Below, one piece after another: positions 45,994 to 55,076 of a stretch of DNA of 64,000 bases. Within the stretch, counting starts at the first letter, position 1, and every line of letters starts with the position of its first letter. A program made the position numbers and the translations under genes. Under the pieces are notes generated by a model. The model was not told the origin of the DNA and ran no database searches. It saw nothing but the letters and a program-made list of their open reading frames with translations. This stretch comes from a virus (Duplodnaviria > Caudoviricetes), in the IMG/VR virus record IMGVR_UViG_2844540631_000002, positions 14,262 to 78,261 of that record, one strand, 5' to 3'.

Positions 45994-46662
45994 TGGAGCC
46001 CGCCTCCTGGCTGCACTCCCTGGTGCTTCTGTGTTCGCCTTGGCTGGAAACCTTCCTGGGCCGCAGCGATTCCTTGCAGGCCAGACGCGCGCCCAGCGGT
46101 AGATGATTCTACCGCTAAGGAGATGCTAGGGGCTATGTGTCGTCGGCGGGAATCCACTCATCGTCCTTGGGCGCAATGGGCGAGGCTCCAGGGCCAGTAA
46201 GCGGGCTTACTGGGCTCGCCTTCTGCATTCCTCTGTGAATCTGCACCTGCTCATACAGAAATCGCAGAGCCCATGGCTCGCCAATCTTGGCGTTGCGAAA
46301 TGCATTTTCAAATGCTTGGTCCAGTTGTACATCCGTGAACGTGTCGAAGGTGGCAATCTCCTTCAGCGCGCCGCGGTGAATCCGCTCGCGGGCTCTAAGT
46401 ATCTCGGCTCGCCTGACACGCGGGAGCTTCTGCCAGATGTCGCGGATGGTCCTCTCTTCGATGTGCTCAGCCCACCCGACGAACATACTCCGGGCTACGA
46501 GTAGGGCTACGACGACCGCAATGAACCACAGCGGGATAAACATGCCGCCCAGCCTCCCGCACGCTGGGCGCGGGCGTCAACGTGGCTGCCTACCTCCCTG
46601 GGGGGAGGGTGCGCCGGAGGTGCAGTCCTCGGGCACCGGGCCGCGCACGTCCACCGGGGCCG
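45803..46662. repeat. 40-bp direct repeat (45803-45842 and 46623-46662)
   Basis: 37/40 identical. Confidence 0.85.
46133..46543 (-). CDS. Lower-GC membrane-anchored moron protein
   Basis: N-terminal TM MFIPLWFIAVVVALLVA. Confidence 0.6.
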   Translation of the reverse strand: MFIPLWFIAVVVALLVARSMFVGWAEHIEERTIRDIWQKLPRVRRAEILRARERIHRGALKEIATFDTFTDVQLDQAFENAFRNAKIGEPWALRFLYEQVQIHRGMQKASPVSPLTGPGASPIAPKDDEWIPADDT

Positions 46663-46800
46663 TCGATTCGTCGAGGCGGCTCTGGGGCAACTACTCAAGC
46701 AGCAGCGCACCTGGAGCGCGGGGCAGTTATCGCGCGCTGGCGGCCCACGGCATTAGGACGGCAGCGCTCTTCAGTTGAGACGCCGCGCATACGCGCCTCG

Positions 46801-47328
46801 TTACTCGGAGGGCTCGTCTTCCGGCAATTCGTTAGCGGGCACCTCCACTTCGCGCCAATTAGGTGCGTACTTCCCTAGCCTAGGTGCGTACTTCCCTAGC
46901 CGATAGCGCTTCATCGCGAGAGTCGCGTGGAGCCGCACCTTCTTGTACCGGGATCCATCTAGCTGGCCTTGGATGACGGCTTGGGCGTGGTCCTCGAAGC
47001 GGCCTCGCTTCAAATCTATGACCTCTTCCGGATGATCCTTCTCGAACTCGATGACCTTCATGACGTCCAGGAGAAGCAATAGGAAGCGCCGGTTCGACCC
47101 ACGGAACCTCTTCCACTGCTCCTCGCTAATGTCCTTGAGCTGAGGGCCACACTGATTCCCGATGCGCCACTCCACGCGACCCTCAAAGGGTTCCCCAGAC
47201 TGCAGTGCCATCACCCAATGCTCTTTGAGGCGAGTGGAGCACCGCTCACACCGATCCCAGTCGTCAAGCTTCTCGATGAAACGAAGTTCCCAAGGGCCTA
47301 CCTTTGCCATCATCCGAATCGAGATCAT
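46801..47328 (-). CDS. Lower-GC moron protein with CxxC/H/C motif
   Basis: CERC...H...GNQCG. Confidence 0.55.
   Translation of the reverse strand: MISIRMMAKVGPWELRFIEKLDDWDRCERCSTRLKEHWVMALQSGEPFEGRVEWRIGNQCGPQLKDISEEQWKRFRGSNRRFLLLLLDVMKVIEFEKDHPEEVIDLKRGRFEDHAQAVIQGQLDGSRYKKVRLHATLAMKRYRLGKYAPRLGKYAPNWREVEVPANELPEDEPSE
46860..46901. repeat. Perfect 21-bp in-frame tandem duplication
   Basis: TAGGTGCGTACTTCCCTAGCC x2 (RLGKYAP x2). Confidence 0.9.
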
Positions 47329-47744
47329 GCATGACTCCGGGAGTCAGGGAGCAACTGGGACAGCATGAGCGCATGTCCCGCGCCACGCGTGTACCCTACC
47401 TCGGTCAGCCGCTCGGCGTCGGTCGGCGCGAGCGCTGGCCGGGGGATGACTCATCGCCGAAGCGCGAGCGGTGCTCCTGTCCATGCTTGGCGCTACCGCT
47501 GCAGCCCCGGGAACAGCGGACCCGCGCCCACCTCGGGCGTGCGTTCCAGGCGCTCCAGGGCCAGCGTCAGCAGGCCCACCGCCTCCAGGCGCGTCAGACC
47601 GCCCACGTCCTCCCAGGCATTTTTAGCCCGAGGACTCCCGCTCAGGCGCCTACGTGCGTGGAGTGCTGGGCGCGCGGGCCATAGGAAGACGTCGCGGCAA
47701 CTCAATGGTGGACGCGCCCAAGGGCACAACTCAGGGGCGCGGCG

Positions 47745-48155
47745 TCACCGGGCCTCGCGGATTGTCCCGTCGTGACTGACGTGGAAGTGAAACCCTCCGC
47801 TTCCCTCGCCGGAAACGCCGATGCTGTAGGTGCGACCGGGGACGAGCGGTTTTGCTGGCTCCAATTCCTCGAAGCCCTCCGGGAGGACGCCGTAGCTGAG
47901 CCTCGCTGGGGATACCTCGAAGTTGGGAGGGAGCTTCCGGAACGCCCACATCAGGGTGCCGTCGAGGTCCATGACGCTGACGTAGCCGTAGCGTGGCTTC
48001 TCGACTGGCTGCGACGGCTCGCTGATGACGAACGCGGGCGCTGGAAGTCGCTCTTCCGTGGAGGCCAGCTTTATGTGAATGGGGGGCTCGCAGGCCCCCA
48101 CAACGGTTGCGAGGACGGCCACCGCCGCGAGATGCAGAAGTCGATGCAGTCTCAT
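47745..48155 (-). CDS. Lipoprotein
   Basis: Signal with lipobox VGAC. Confidence 0.75.
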   Translation of the reverse strand: MRLHRLLHLAAVAVLATVVGACEPPIHIKLASTEERLPAPAFVISEPSQPVEKPRYGYVSVMDLDGTLMWAFRKLPPNFEVSPARLSYGVLPEGFEELEPAKPLVPGRTYSIGVSGEGSGGFHFHVSHDGTIREAR

Positions 48156-48157
48156 GG

Positions 48158-49120
48158 TTACGGTGCCCCTCGTCCGGCCCGGACTTCGCGCACCGCCGCC
48201 TCAATCTGTGCGGTGTAGTCGACGCCATTGATGTAGAGCCGCCTCGGAGGCGTCTCGAAGAAGCCGGCGAGGTAGCCTTCCTTCATGAGTTCGGCCTGCT
48301 GTTCCGGGTTGAGCTGGCTCCAGGACTTCCCCTCGCTGAGTGCCTTGCCGAGGTTGTAGCCGTCGCCGAGGAATTGGGCGAAGAGGGCCTCGCTCATGTA
48401 ATCGGTCCCCCCGTGTTGGTGCTGCCACACATGGGCAGCTTCGTGGACGAGGGTGCCCACCTTAATCGGGAGGTGCTTCGACGGAATGTAGATGGTGTCG
48501 CCATGCACGAACGGCCTACCTGACATCGTCAGGAGCCCAGCGTCTCCCTCCTTGATGGAGATGCGGCTGTAGTCGAGGGAGTCGCCGTACACCTGCCGGA
48601 GGACGGCTTCTTCCTCGCCCGTCAGCCCACGTCGAACGGGTTCCACGCCGAGGAGGGTCTGGACGGCGCTGATGGTCCGGCCGCCCATCATGAGCACCGC
48701 GTCGATGGGCGTCTGGACCACCTGCACCAGGCCGCGCCCGAGCTCGCCGAAGCCCTCACGGAAGCGCCCGGTGAACACCTGGCCCAGGCCACGTGAAAGC
48801 GTCTGCGCCGCCTCCGCACCGTTGCGCATGACTCCCACAACAGCGTCCTTCGTTCCCGTCACGAGACCTCCGACGGCGTCTCCCACGCGCCGGAGCCCTC
48901 CCGCGACGGCGGAGCCGATGCGGCCGAGGAGCCCCTTCTGCACCTCCTGCTCGCGCTCCCCCTGCGCCTTGAGTCCTGCTTGAGGCAGGTGCTCCGCCAT
49001 CGCGACGGCCTTCGGATGCACGCTGGCGAGGGCGAACTCTGTTCCCGCGGATTTGGCCGCCGGTGCCTGGGCCCCCGAGGTGCTGCTTCCAAAGGACTCG
49101 ACGATGTTGCCCGCCTTCAT
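48158..49120 (-). CDS. DUF4157-like HExxH zinc metallopeptidase domain protein
   Basis: LTGEEEAVLRQVYGDSLDYSRI; LVHEAAHVWQ; NPEQQAE. Confidence 0.75.
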   Translation of the reverse strand: MKAGNIVESFGSSTSGAQAPAAKSAGTEFALASVHPKAVAMAEHLPQAGLKAQGEREQEVQKGLLGRIGSAVAGGLRRVGDAVGGLVTGTKDAVVGVMRNGAEAAQTLSRGLGQVFTGRFREGFGELGRGLVQVVQTPIDAVLMMGGRTISAVQTLLGVEPVRRGLTGEEEAVLRQVYGDSLDYSRISIKEGDAGLLTMSGRPFVHGDTIYIPSKHLPIKVGTLVHEAAHVWQHQHGGTDYMSEALFAQFLGDGYNLGKALSEGKSWSQLNPEQQAELMKEGYLAGFFETPPRRLYINGVDYTAQIEAAVREVRAGRGAP

Positions 49121-49342
49121 GGCGACTGCGCCACGTGGGCGAGCCGCGCCCCTTGCTGTCTCTGGCGGCCCGGATTCGGGTTCAAGGCCGGGGAGGGCGG
49201 TGTGACGTGACGTGATGGGGTCCATAGGTGCTCCTGGTGGTGCGAGAGGTTGCAGGCGCAGCCGTCCGGCCAGCGCGCCCACGGCGAGCCGGACAGCAAG
49301 AGAAGCGAGGTGAAGTGGGGCCCGCCGGGCTGGGGGCGCGCG

Positions 49343-50458
49343 TCAGAAACCGCAGGTGTGGACGTTCTGCCCCGACAAGTACCGGCAGTCGCTCGGGTTG
49401 CTGCACAGCGGTCGGCACTGGCCCGCGGTGTTGGGCACGGAGCATGTGCTGCAAAAGCAACTCGTCTGGTGGCCGAAGGCCGTCACGAAGGTGGAGCAGA
49501 AACCCGCCGAGGAGTTCGTGGCGTCTGCGCAGTTCTCGGCGATGAGCACCCCAGCGCTCGTCGCGCAAGTGAAGTGGACTCGTGGGTTGGCCACGCTTGT
49601 CCCCGTGGCGGACGCACAGACGCCGTTGGCGTCGATGCTGCCGCACCTGCACGCCCCGCTGCCGTCAGCGGCGATTCGCTTGCACTGTCCCGGGCCGCAG
49701 TTGAGGGCGACGATGCCCTCCTGCGCGTCGCACCGCACCCAGGTGTCGCCGGTGCAGTACCCGTACTGGTTGACGCCCTGGCAGGCGCCGCCGACGCGCA
49801 CGCAGCCCGTACCGGCCTGATTGGGGACATACCCTGCGGCACAGGCGCAGCTCTCCCCGCCTGCGTTGCACGTGGAGTTGGCCGGGCAGGTGCCACACGT
49901 CCCGCCGCAGCCGTCGGAGCCACACACCTTGTCCTGGCACTGGGGCACGCAGACGCAGGCGCCGGAAGCGTTGCACGTGGTGCCCGAGCGGCAAGTACCG
50001 CAGGTGCCGCCGCACCCGTCCGGTCCGCACTGGCGCCCGTCGCACTTCGGGACGCATACGCACCGGCCGTCCGCGCACGCTTCGCCAGAGCCGCAGGACC
50101 CGCAGCTCCCTCCACAGCCGTCGCTGCCGCACGTGTTCCCGGAGCAAGACGGGGTGCAGGTTGACGCGCACTGCCCGCTCGAGTCACAGACCGTCCCATT
50201 TCGGCAGGAGCCGCAGCTTCCGCCGCAGCCGTCCGGTCCGCATGACTTACCCGAGCACTTTGTGGTGCAGGTGCTGCCGGCGTCCACAGGGAGCGTCCCG
50301 CCGTCCTCCTCGACGAAGCCCCCATCACGCGATGCGGAAGGGGGAGGGCGCCCGTCGTCGACGTCGTCCTCGGTGGGGCCACAGTGGAGGGTTGCTACGG
50401 CGGCAAGGGCCGAGACAAGTAGGCGAAAAAGGGCGGGCGCTGGGCGTCCGAGGGCCAT
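49343..50458 (-). CDS. Cys-rich repeat lipoprotein
   Basis: GGAGG RBS; lipobox TLHC; four C..C....CG.DGCGG.CG.C repeats. Confidence 0.85.
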   Translation of the reverse strand: MALGRPAPALFRLLVSALAAVATLHCGPTEDDVDDGRPPPSASRDGGFVEEDGGTLPVDAGSTCTTKCSGKSCGPDGCGGSCGSCRNGTVCDSSGQCASTCTPSCSGNTCGSDGCGGSCGSCGSGEACADGRCVCVPKCDGRQCGPDGCGGTCGTCRSGTTCNASGACVCVPQCQDKVCGSDGCGGTCGTCPANSTCNAGGESCACAAGYVPNQAGTGCVRVGGACQGVNQYGYCTGDTWVRCDAQEGIVALNCGPGQCKRIAADGSGACRCGSIDANGVCASATGTSVANPRVHFTCATSAGVLIAENCADATNSSAGFCSTFVTAFGHQTSCFCSTCSVPNTAGQCRPLCSNPSDCRYLSGQNVHTCGF

Positions 50459-50782
50459 GGGGAGTCCTCCGGCCGGAGCTGCGCTGGTGAAGTCCGCGCG
50501 AGCCCGGCTCGACTTGACCCCACAGAGCAGGAGGCGTGCCGCACATCTGTCACTCTCAGATGCCCTGGCGCATCCATCCGTCGTCCGAGACGGCAGTGCT
50601 GCACCGAGACGTGGAGGCGTCGGAGCCATCTCGCCGTCGCGGGAATTTCGCAGGACGTTCCGTCCCTACGATTGGCCAGGGTGAGCTCAGATACCGCTGC
50701 TGCGTTCTCGTGGCCTGCGCGGTGCGCTTCTCGGCAACGACTGCGGGGTGACAGTAGGGCTGGCTGCTGATGGTCCGCATGA

Positions 50783-50804
50783 CAGCCTCGCTTGAGCGAG
50801 GCTG
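50783..50804. terminator. Hairpin, possible terminator
   Basis: CAGCCTCGCT-TG-AGCGAGGCTG inverted repeat downstream of the 50842 gene. Confidence 0.45.
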
Positions 50805-50841
50805 AGGTGCCGCACTGCCCTCCGCTTGTTTGATCTGGACG

Positions 50842-51126
50842 TTAACGCCCGTCGAGTTCCTTTCGCAACCTGGCGGCGTAGCGGCTGATCGCCTCGCGGT
50901 AGACTTCGGAGTCGTCTACCCCCCGCCGTTGCGCCTCGCTTTCGAGGACCTGCTTGTCTTCGCGGGTAATGCGAACGCCAATCATCTCAAGGGTGTTGTC
51001 GCCAGCCTTCCTGAGCGGCGCGTAGTCCTGTCCCCGCCTCTGCTGCTGGTAGTGCCCGGAGCAGAGGCCTTTCGCCCAGGCGTCCCGGTCGCACGCACCA
51101 CCCTCCCACTTCGCGTTGCATTCCAT
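50842..51126 (-). CDS. C-C-C-H finger plus RHH-like DNA-binding protein
   Basis: C...C...AKGLCSGHY; IGVRITREDKQVLESEAQRRG...EVYREAI. Confidence 0.6.
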   Translation of the reverse strand: MECNAKWEGGACDRDAWAKGLCSGHYQQQRRGQDYAPLRKAGDNTLEMIGVRITREDKQVLESEAQRRGVDDSEVYREAISRYAARLRKELDGR

Positions 51127-51277
51127 GGCAGGAGTATATTCCCCGTCAGCGTGAGATGGCGTGCCCCTCGGGCTCCACCAGCAGGGCACGCGCTGGACGC
51201 GGGCAGGCGGGGGCTGGGCATAGGGACTCCTTCCGGGAAGGTGGGCACGGCCGTCTGCTCGCGCCACCTGCCAGGCC

Positions 51278-51661
51278 GTGGCACTCTCCGCGCCCGTGAC
51301 ACGAGAGGAGCTGAAGCAACACCTGGAATCGCTGGGCCGCGAGGCCTCCGCGCGCGGGCCGGCGCTCAAGGGCATCACCGACCTGTTCCGCCTGTACTGG
51401 CTGGCGCTCCAGCATGGCCTAGTGGTGGATGGGCCGGACCACACGCTGGAGCTCAAGCTGAATGCGGCATGGGCGGAGGAGTGGCTCAAGATGCTGCGCC
51501 TCCCGCCGCACGAGCACACTCTGCCGGTGCGCACCTGGGCGGAGGGCTGTGGGACGTGCTCGCCCTACGAGGCTCGCATCACCACAGTGGTCGCCGTGCC
51601 AGGACTCACCAGGCGCGAGTGCTCCACCTGCCGCGGCGACTGGCTGGTGCTGGAGGGGTAA
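51278..51661 (+). CDS. Zinc-ribbon hypothetical protein
   Basis: CGTC...CSTC; opposite strand to neighbours. Confidence 0.55.
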   Translation: MALSAPVTREELKQHLESLGREASARGPALKGITDLFRLYWLALQHGLVVDGPDHTLELKLNAAWAEEWLKMLRLPPHEHTLPVRTWAEGCGTCSPYEARITTVVAVPGLTRRECSTCRGDWLVLEG

Positions 51662-51682
51662 CCGCTGCGGGCGCCTGCCGCG

Positions 51683-52477
51683 TTACGACTTCGTCTCCAG
51701 AGAGCGCAGGTAGTCCACCACCTCTGTCTTCCAGAGCACCTGGTATCCGGAATGGCTGCCGCGCGTGTAGGGGATGGCCTCGCCGTACTTCGCGCCAGCG
51801 GGCGTCAACTCCCACTCGTCGCGCTCGTTCTTCGTCTGGAGCCCGGCGTCCTTGAGTCGCAGGTTGGCGGCCTTCGGGGAGACGCCCAGCGCCTTCCCCA
51901 CGGTCGTCGCGTTGAGGGAACTGGCCGGCCCCTCGCCCGGAGGCAGCGCCTTGCGGTAGGGCTCCACGGTCAGCCCCGTGTCGGCGTGGATGGCGTCGAG
52001 CATCATCGACGCGGCGATGCCAGAGCGGAGCCCCGGCACGGCCTTCAGTACCGTGAGGACGGCGCCGTGACCGGCCACCTTCTCCTCGGTGGGCGAGGGA
52101 AGGGCGCGCGGTGGCTCAGCCGGAGCGACCTGTACCTGCCCCGTCACCACTGCGTCGAAGGTGCGCAGCACGCGCAGGTGGAATGCGGGGGACACCCAGG
52201 CGGCGTAGGCGTACACGAGCTCGCGGCAGACGTAGGTGCCGCCATTTCGCCCCATCACCGTCTCGACAGGGAAAGTATGGGCCGGCCCATACTTTCCTTC
52301 CTGCCCAAGCTCTTGAACAAGCTCAGCGGTGGCGGGGACTCGCAGGAACTCAGCCGGCCTGTGGCGGGACTCCAACCCAGCCGCCCGGTGCAGGTCGTTG
52401 AGGCAGTAGCGCCCGTTGCTGTCCTGATTCACGGCCACGTCGTTGATAGTGAGACTGCTCGGCCTGCATGTCGTCAT
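51683..52477 (-). CDS. KilA-N domain protein (antirepressor-like)
   Basis: GRYCLNDLHRAAG; GRNGGTYVCRELVYAYAAWVSPAFHLRV. Confidence 0.92.
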   Translation of the reverse strand: MTTCRPSSLTINDVAVNQDSNGRYCLNDLHRAAGLESRHRPAEFLRVPATAELVQELGQEGKYGPAHTFPVETVMGRNGGTYVCRELVYAYAAWVSPAFHLRVLRTFDAVVTGQVQVAPAEPPRALPSPTEEKVAGHGAVLTVLKAVPGLRSGIAASMMLDAIHADTGLTVEPYRKALPPGEGPASSLNATTVGKALGVSPKAANLRLKDAGLQTKNERDEWELTPAGAKYGEAIPYTRGSHSGYQVLWKTEVVDYLRSLETKS

Positions 52478-52627
52478 GTGTACCTCCTGGCGCGAGAGCA
52501 TGGCTCACCACCGGCTGGTGCAGCCGAGGCGAAACCCCATCCCGCAGTGGTGTGTGGAGCTGGCTGGTTGTGATTGGGCCAGCCGCGAGTGCCGACAGCG
52601 TTTCGGGGCGCCATCGACCAGCCGCAA

Positions 52628-52655
52628 ATTATTGGGGGGGGACCCAACTCGTCAA
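52628..52655 (-). promoter_or_regulatory. Putative promoter with homopolymer in the spacer
   Basis: TTGACG-N16-AATAAT; spacer contains the G8 run at 52634-41. Confidence 0.55.
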
Positions 52656-52830
52656 CGCGAGATCTTGTGCTCGTGTCGGCATGGGGCATGCATTCTGGGT
52701 CCGCTGCATGAGAGGGATTGGAGCACAATACAGGCTGTCTCAGACGGGGCTGGGCTCTGCGGGCATCGGATCGGGTTCGCGAATTTCACGCCATTCGTGG
52801 TGGGCTAGCGGACGACAGGAGGAGCACTGT

Positions 52831-53061
52831 TCACCGGCCCCCGGGCGAGGTGAGCCCCGGGAAGAGCGGCCCCGCGCCCACCTCGGGCGTGCGCTCCAGG
52901 CGCTCCATGGCCAGCGTCAGGAGTCCCACCGTCTCCAGCCGCGTCAGCCCCCCGACGTCCTCCCATGACTTGAGCCCGAGGCCGCCGGCGGAGCGCGGCC
53001 CCTCGCAATGGGAGACGGCCTTCTTCGCCTCCGTCCAGTTCACCAGCGCGCGGGTGGCCAC
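52831..53061 (-). CDS. Small hypothetical protein (3' half duplicated at 47.5 kb)
   Basis: WEDVGGLTRLETVGLLTLAMERL. Confidence 0.45.
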   Translation of the reverse strand: MATRALVNWTEAKKAVSHCEGPRSAGGLGLKSWEDVGGLTRLETVGLLTLAMERLERTPEVGAGPLFPGLTSPGGR

Positions 53062-53218
53062 CTTGCCTTCGCGCCCGGCGAATGGGGACGCGAACTGCTA
53101 GCGCTCCACCTCAAGCCGCTGCACTTCCAGTCACAGTGGGCGGTTCAGAAGAAGGACGACGCCACGGGGGCGTGGCAGCAACAGCGCGGTGGGGCTCCGC
53201 TCCCCGCACACCGGCCCG

Positions 53219-53503
53219 CTACTCGCCCCGTTCTGCGGCTTCGCGTAGGGCCCGGCGGACGGCGTCGGCCTCATTGCACTTCCAGCGTTTCGCCAGCGCT
53301 TCCAGGTCCGCCGCTGACTGCAGGGTGTGGCGGACTAGCTGTTTTAAGACCACGCTGCCCTTTTCGGCGCGGCGCTTTTCGGGCGGGGTCTCCTTGGGAT
53401 CGTGACGGGGCAAGGCGTGTTCTCCTGTCGTTGCGCGGCACGGTACAGCACCCGACTTGGATTGCCACGGGACAACGCCAGACAGGGTGGGGTGGAAAGG
53501 CAT
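53219..53503 (-). CDS. RHH-like protein (start uncertain)
   Basis: KQLVRHTLQSAADLEALAKRWKCNEADAVRRALRE. Confidence 0.45.
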   Translation of the reverse strand: MPFHPTLSGVVPWQSKSGAVPCRATTGEHALPRHDPKETPPEKRRAEKGSVVLKQLVRHTLQSAADLEALAKRWKCNEADAVRRALREAAERGE

Positions 53504-53579
53504 GGTGCCTCCCGCGCGTCGTCTACGAGCTGCGCGGCGCGCTCCAGCACCGCATCCACCAGGGCGAAGAGCAGCCGGC

Positions 53580-53804
53580 TCACCGGGCACCTCCCTCGGA
53601 CTCAGCACGCTGTAGCCGCTCGCTCCGCTCCAGCAGGTTCAGCAGCGCGTGGCATGCGGGCGTCCACGCAGGCCCGCCAGCTCCCGCCCCACACGCGCAG
53701 GACTTGGCCGTCTGCACGCCGTCCCTCGGGTGCTGGGCGCGAACTGCCGCGCGCAGCGCCTGGAGTGCCTCGGAGTCGATGCCGTAGCAAGGATGGTCAG
53801 CCAT
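53580..53804 (-). CDS. Hypothetical protein
   Basis: Coupled ORF chain. Confidence 0.5.
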   Translation of the reverse strand: MADHPCYGIDSEALQALRAAVRAQHPRDGVQTAKSCACGAGAGGPAWTPACHALLNLLERSERLQRAESEGGAR

Positions 53805-54036
53805 GGGTCGCCTCCAGGGATGACGGCAGTCCCGCGAGGTAGTCGCGCGTTTCGGCGCGCGGGTGGTGCTGGAAGTACGAGGCGAGCGGCGACCACCTGT
53901 CGTCGTGCCGGAGGTTGAGGCGGCAACCGAGGCAGTGCGGCAGCGTCATCACCACGCCCGGGAGGACGAACGACACCGGGCGGCAGAAGGCGTAGGTGAG
54001 GCAGCCACTGCACGTCTCGTGGTGGCGCTCAGCCAT
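53797..54036 (-). CDS. Cys-motif hypothetical protein
   Basis: CSGC...CLGC; coupled chain. Confidence 0.55.
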   Translation of the reverse strand: MAERHHETCSGCLTYAFCRPVSFVLPGVVMTLPHCLGCRLNLRHDDRWSPLASYFQHHPRAETRDYLAGLPSSLEATHG

Positions 54037-54604
54037 TGGGCACCTCGCTCTCGGCGGCAGGCGTCGCCGCAGTCTCGGTCTTGAGCTGCTCGCGGATGGC
54101 GGTAGCCAGAGCCGGCATCACCTCGCGGCAGAACGCGCGGAGTTGCGGCTCGTAGTCGCGCGTCGCGAACTCATAGGCATCGTCGATTTTCGTCTCGCCG
54201 TACCAGTCGTGGAACTGGTGGACGTCCATCTCGTCGTGCTCGCTCGGACTGCTGTCGCTGTAGGGGGAGAGGGCATCGGCCAGCGTCTGCCATTCCTGGG
54301 CGGCCCGCTCCTTCGTCCAGCCGCTCTCGCGCCGAGACTCAAGGATGTATTCGCGGATGCCCTTGAGTGTGGCGGCGCCATCCCACCATGTGGCCCGGCC
54401 CAGCTTGCTGCACAGGTAGTCCGCGTCATCTTCCAGGTCGGCGACGAAGGCGCGGAACTCCTTGCCCGGGCTGCCCCACCGGAAGGCATAGCCGCCGCAG
54501 TTGGAGACGGCGGAGAAGTAGCCGTCGCTGAGCATGACGACGTCCGCGAGCCAACGCCCCTTCGGGGTGCGCAGCCGGTATTGGTAGACGGTCGGCTCAG
54601 CCAC
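54029..54604 (-). CDS. Phage hypothetical protein
   Basis: Coupled chain; DYLCSKLG. Confidence 0.65.
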   Translation of the reverse strand: MAEPTVYQYRLRTPKGRWLADVVMLSDGYFSAVSNCGGYAFRWGSPGKEFRAFVADLEDDADYLCSKLGRATWWDGAATLKGIREYILESRRESGWTKERAAQEWQTLADALSPYSDSSPSEHDEMDVHQFHDWYGETKIDDAYEFATRDYEPQLRAFCREVMPALATAIREQLKTETAATPAAESEVPNG

Positions 54605-55076
54605 GGTGCACCTCTCCGGATGGCAGAAGCGGGGGCATGGTGCCCGTGCGGTACGCCTCGGCTACGGCGGGCAAGGCGTACTGCCCCACCGTCTTCCCAC
54701 TGGGCGTGACGATGTGCGCGAGGAAGGCCTCCTCAAACGTCTCCACCTGGTTGTCCACGCTGACGAACTTGGCCTTCATGGTGAGGTAGAGGGCCCGCCA
54801 CTTCTCGCGGCAGGCCTGCTGCCATGCGCGGGTGGCGGCGGCCTGGGGCCGCTGCTTCCCGCGCCTGTCATGGGTGAAGGTGCGGTGGACGGGGAGGGGC
54901 AGGGGCATGGTGAACTTCACGCGCCTGTCCTGCAGGTCGAAGAGCACCACCGCGCGGCCCTCTTCCTCGGCGAAGGCGGTGCGCGTGGCCCCGCGGTTGC
55001 GGAGCAGGTCCTTGATTTCGGCCTCCGTCTTGGAAACGGCCACCTTCGTGCCGGCGGCGAACGTGCGCTTACCCAC
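54597..55076 (-). CDS. Phage hypothetical protein
   Basis: WRALYL.MKAKF...FEEAFLAHIV.P.G.TV. Confidence 0.65.
   Translation of the reverse strand: MGKRTFAAGTKVAVSKTEAEIKDLLRNRGATRTAFAEEEGRAVVLFDLQDRRVKFTMPLPLPVHRTFTHDRRGKQRPQAAATRAWQQACREKWRALYLTMKAKFVSVDNQVETFEEAFLAHIVTPSGKTVGQYALPAVAEAYRTGTMPPLLPSGEVHRG

Larger units (their letters stand above)
47503..52965. repeat. 113-bp direct repeat pair (47503-47615 and 52853-52965) flanking an accessory block
   Basis: 102/113 identical, 5350 bp apart. Confidence 0.9.
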
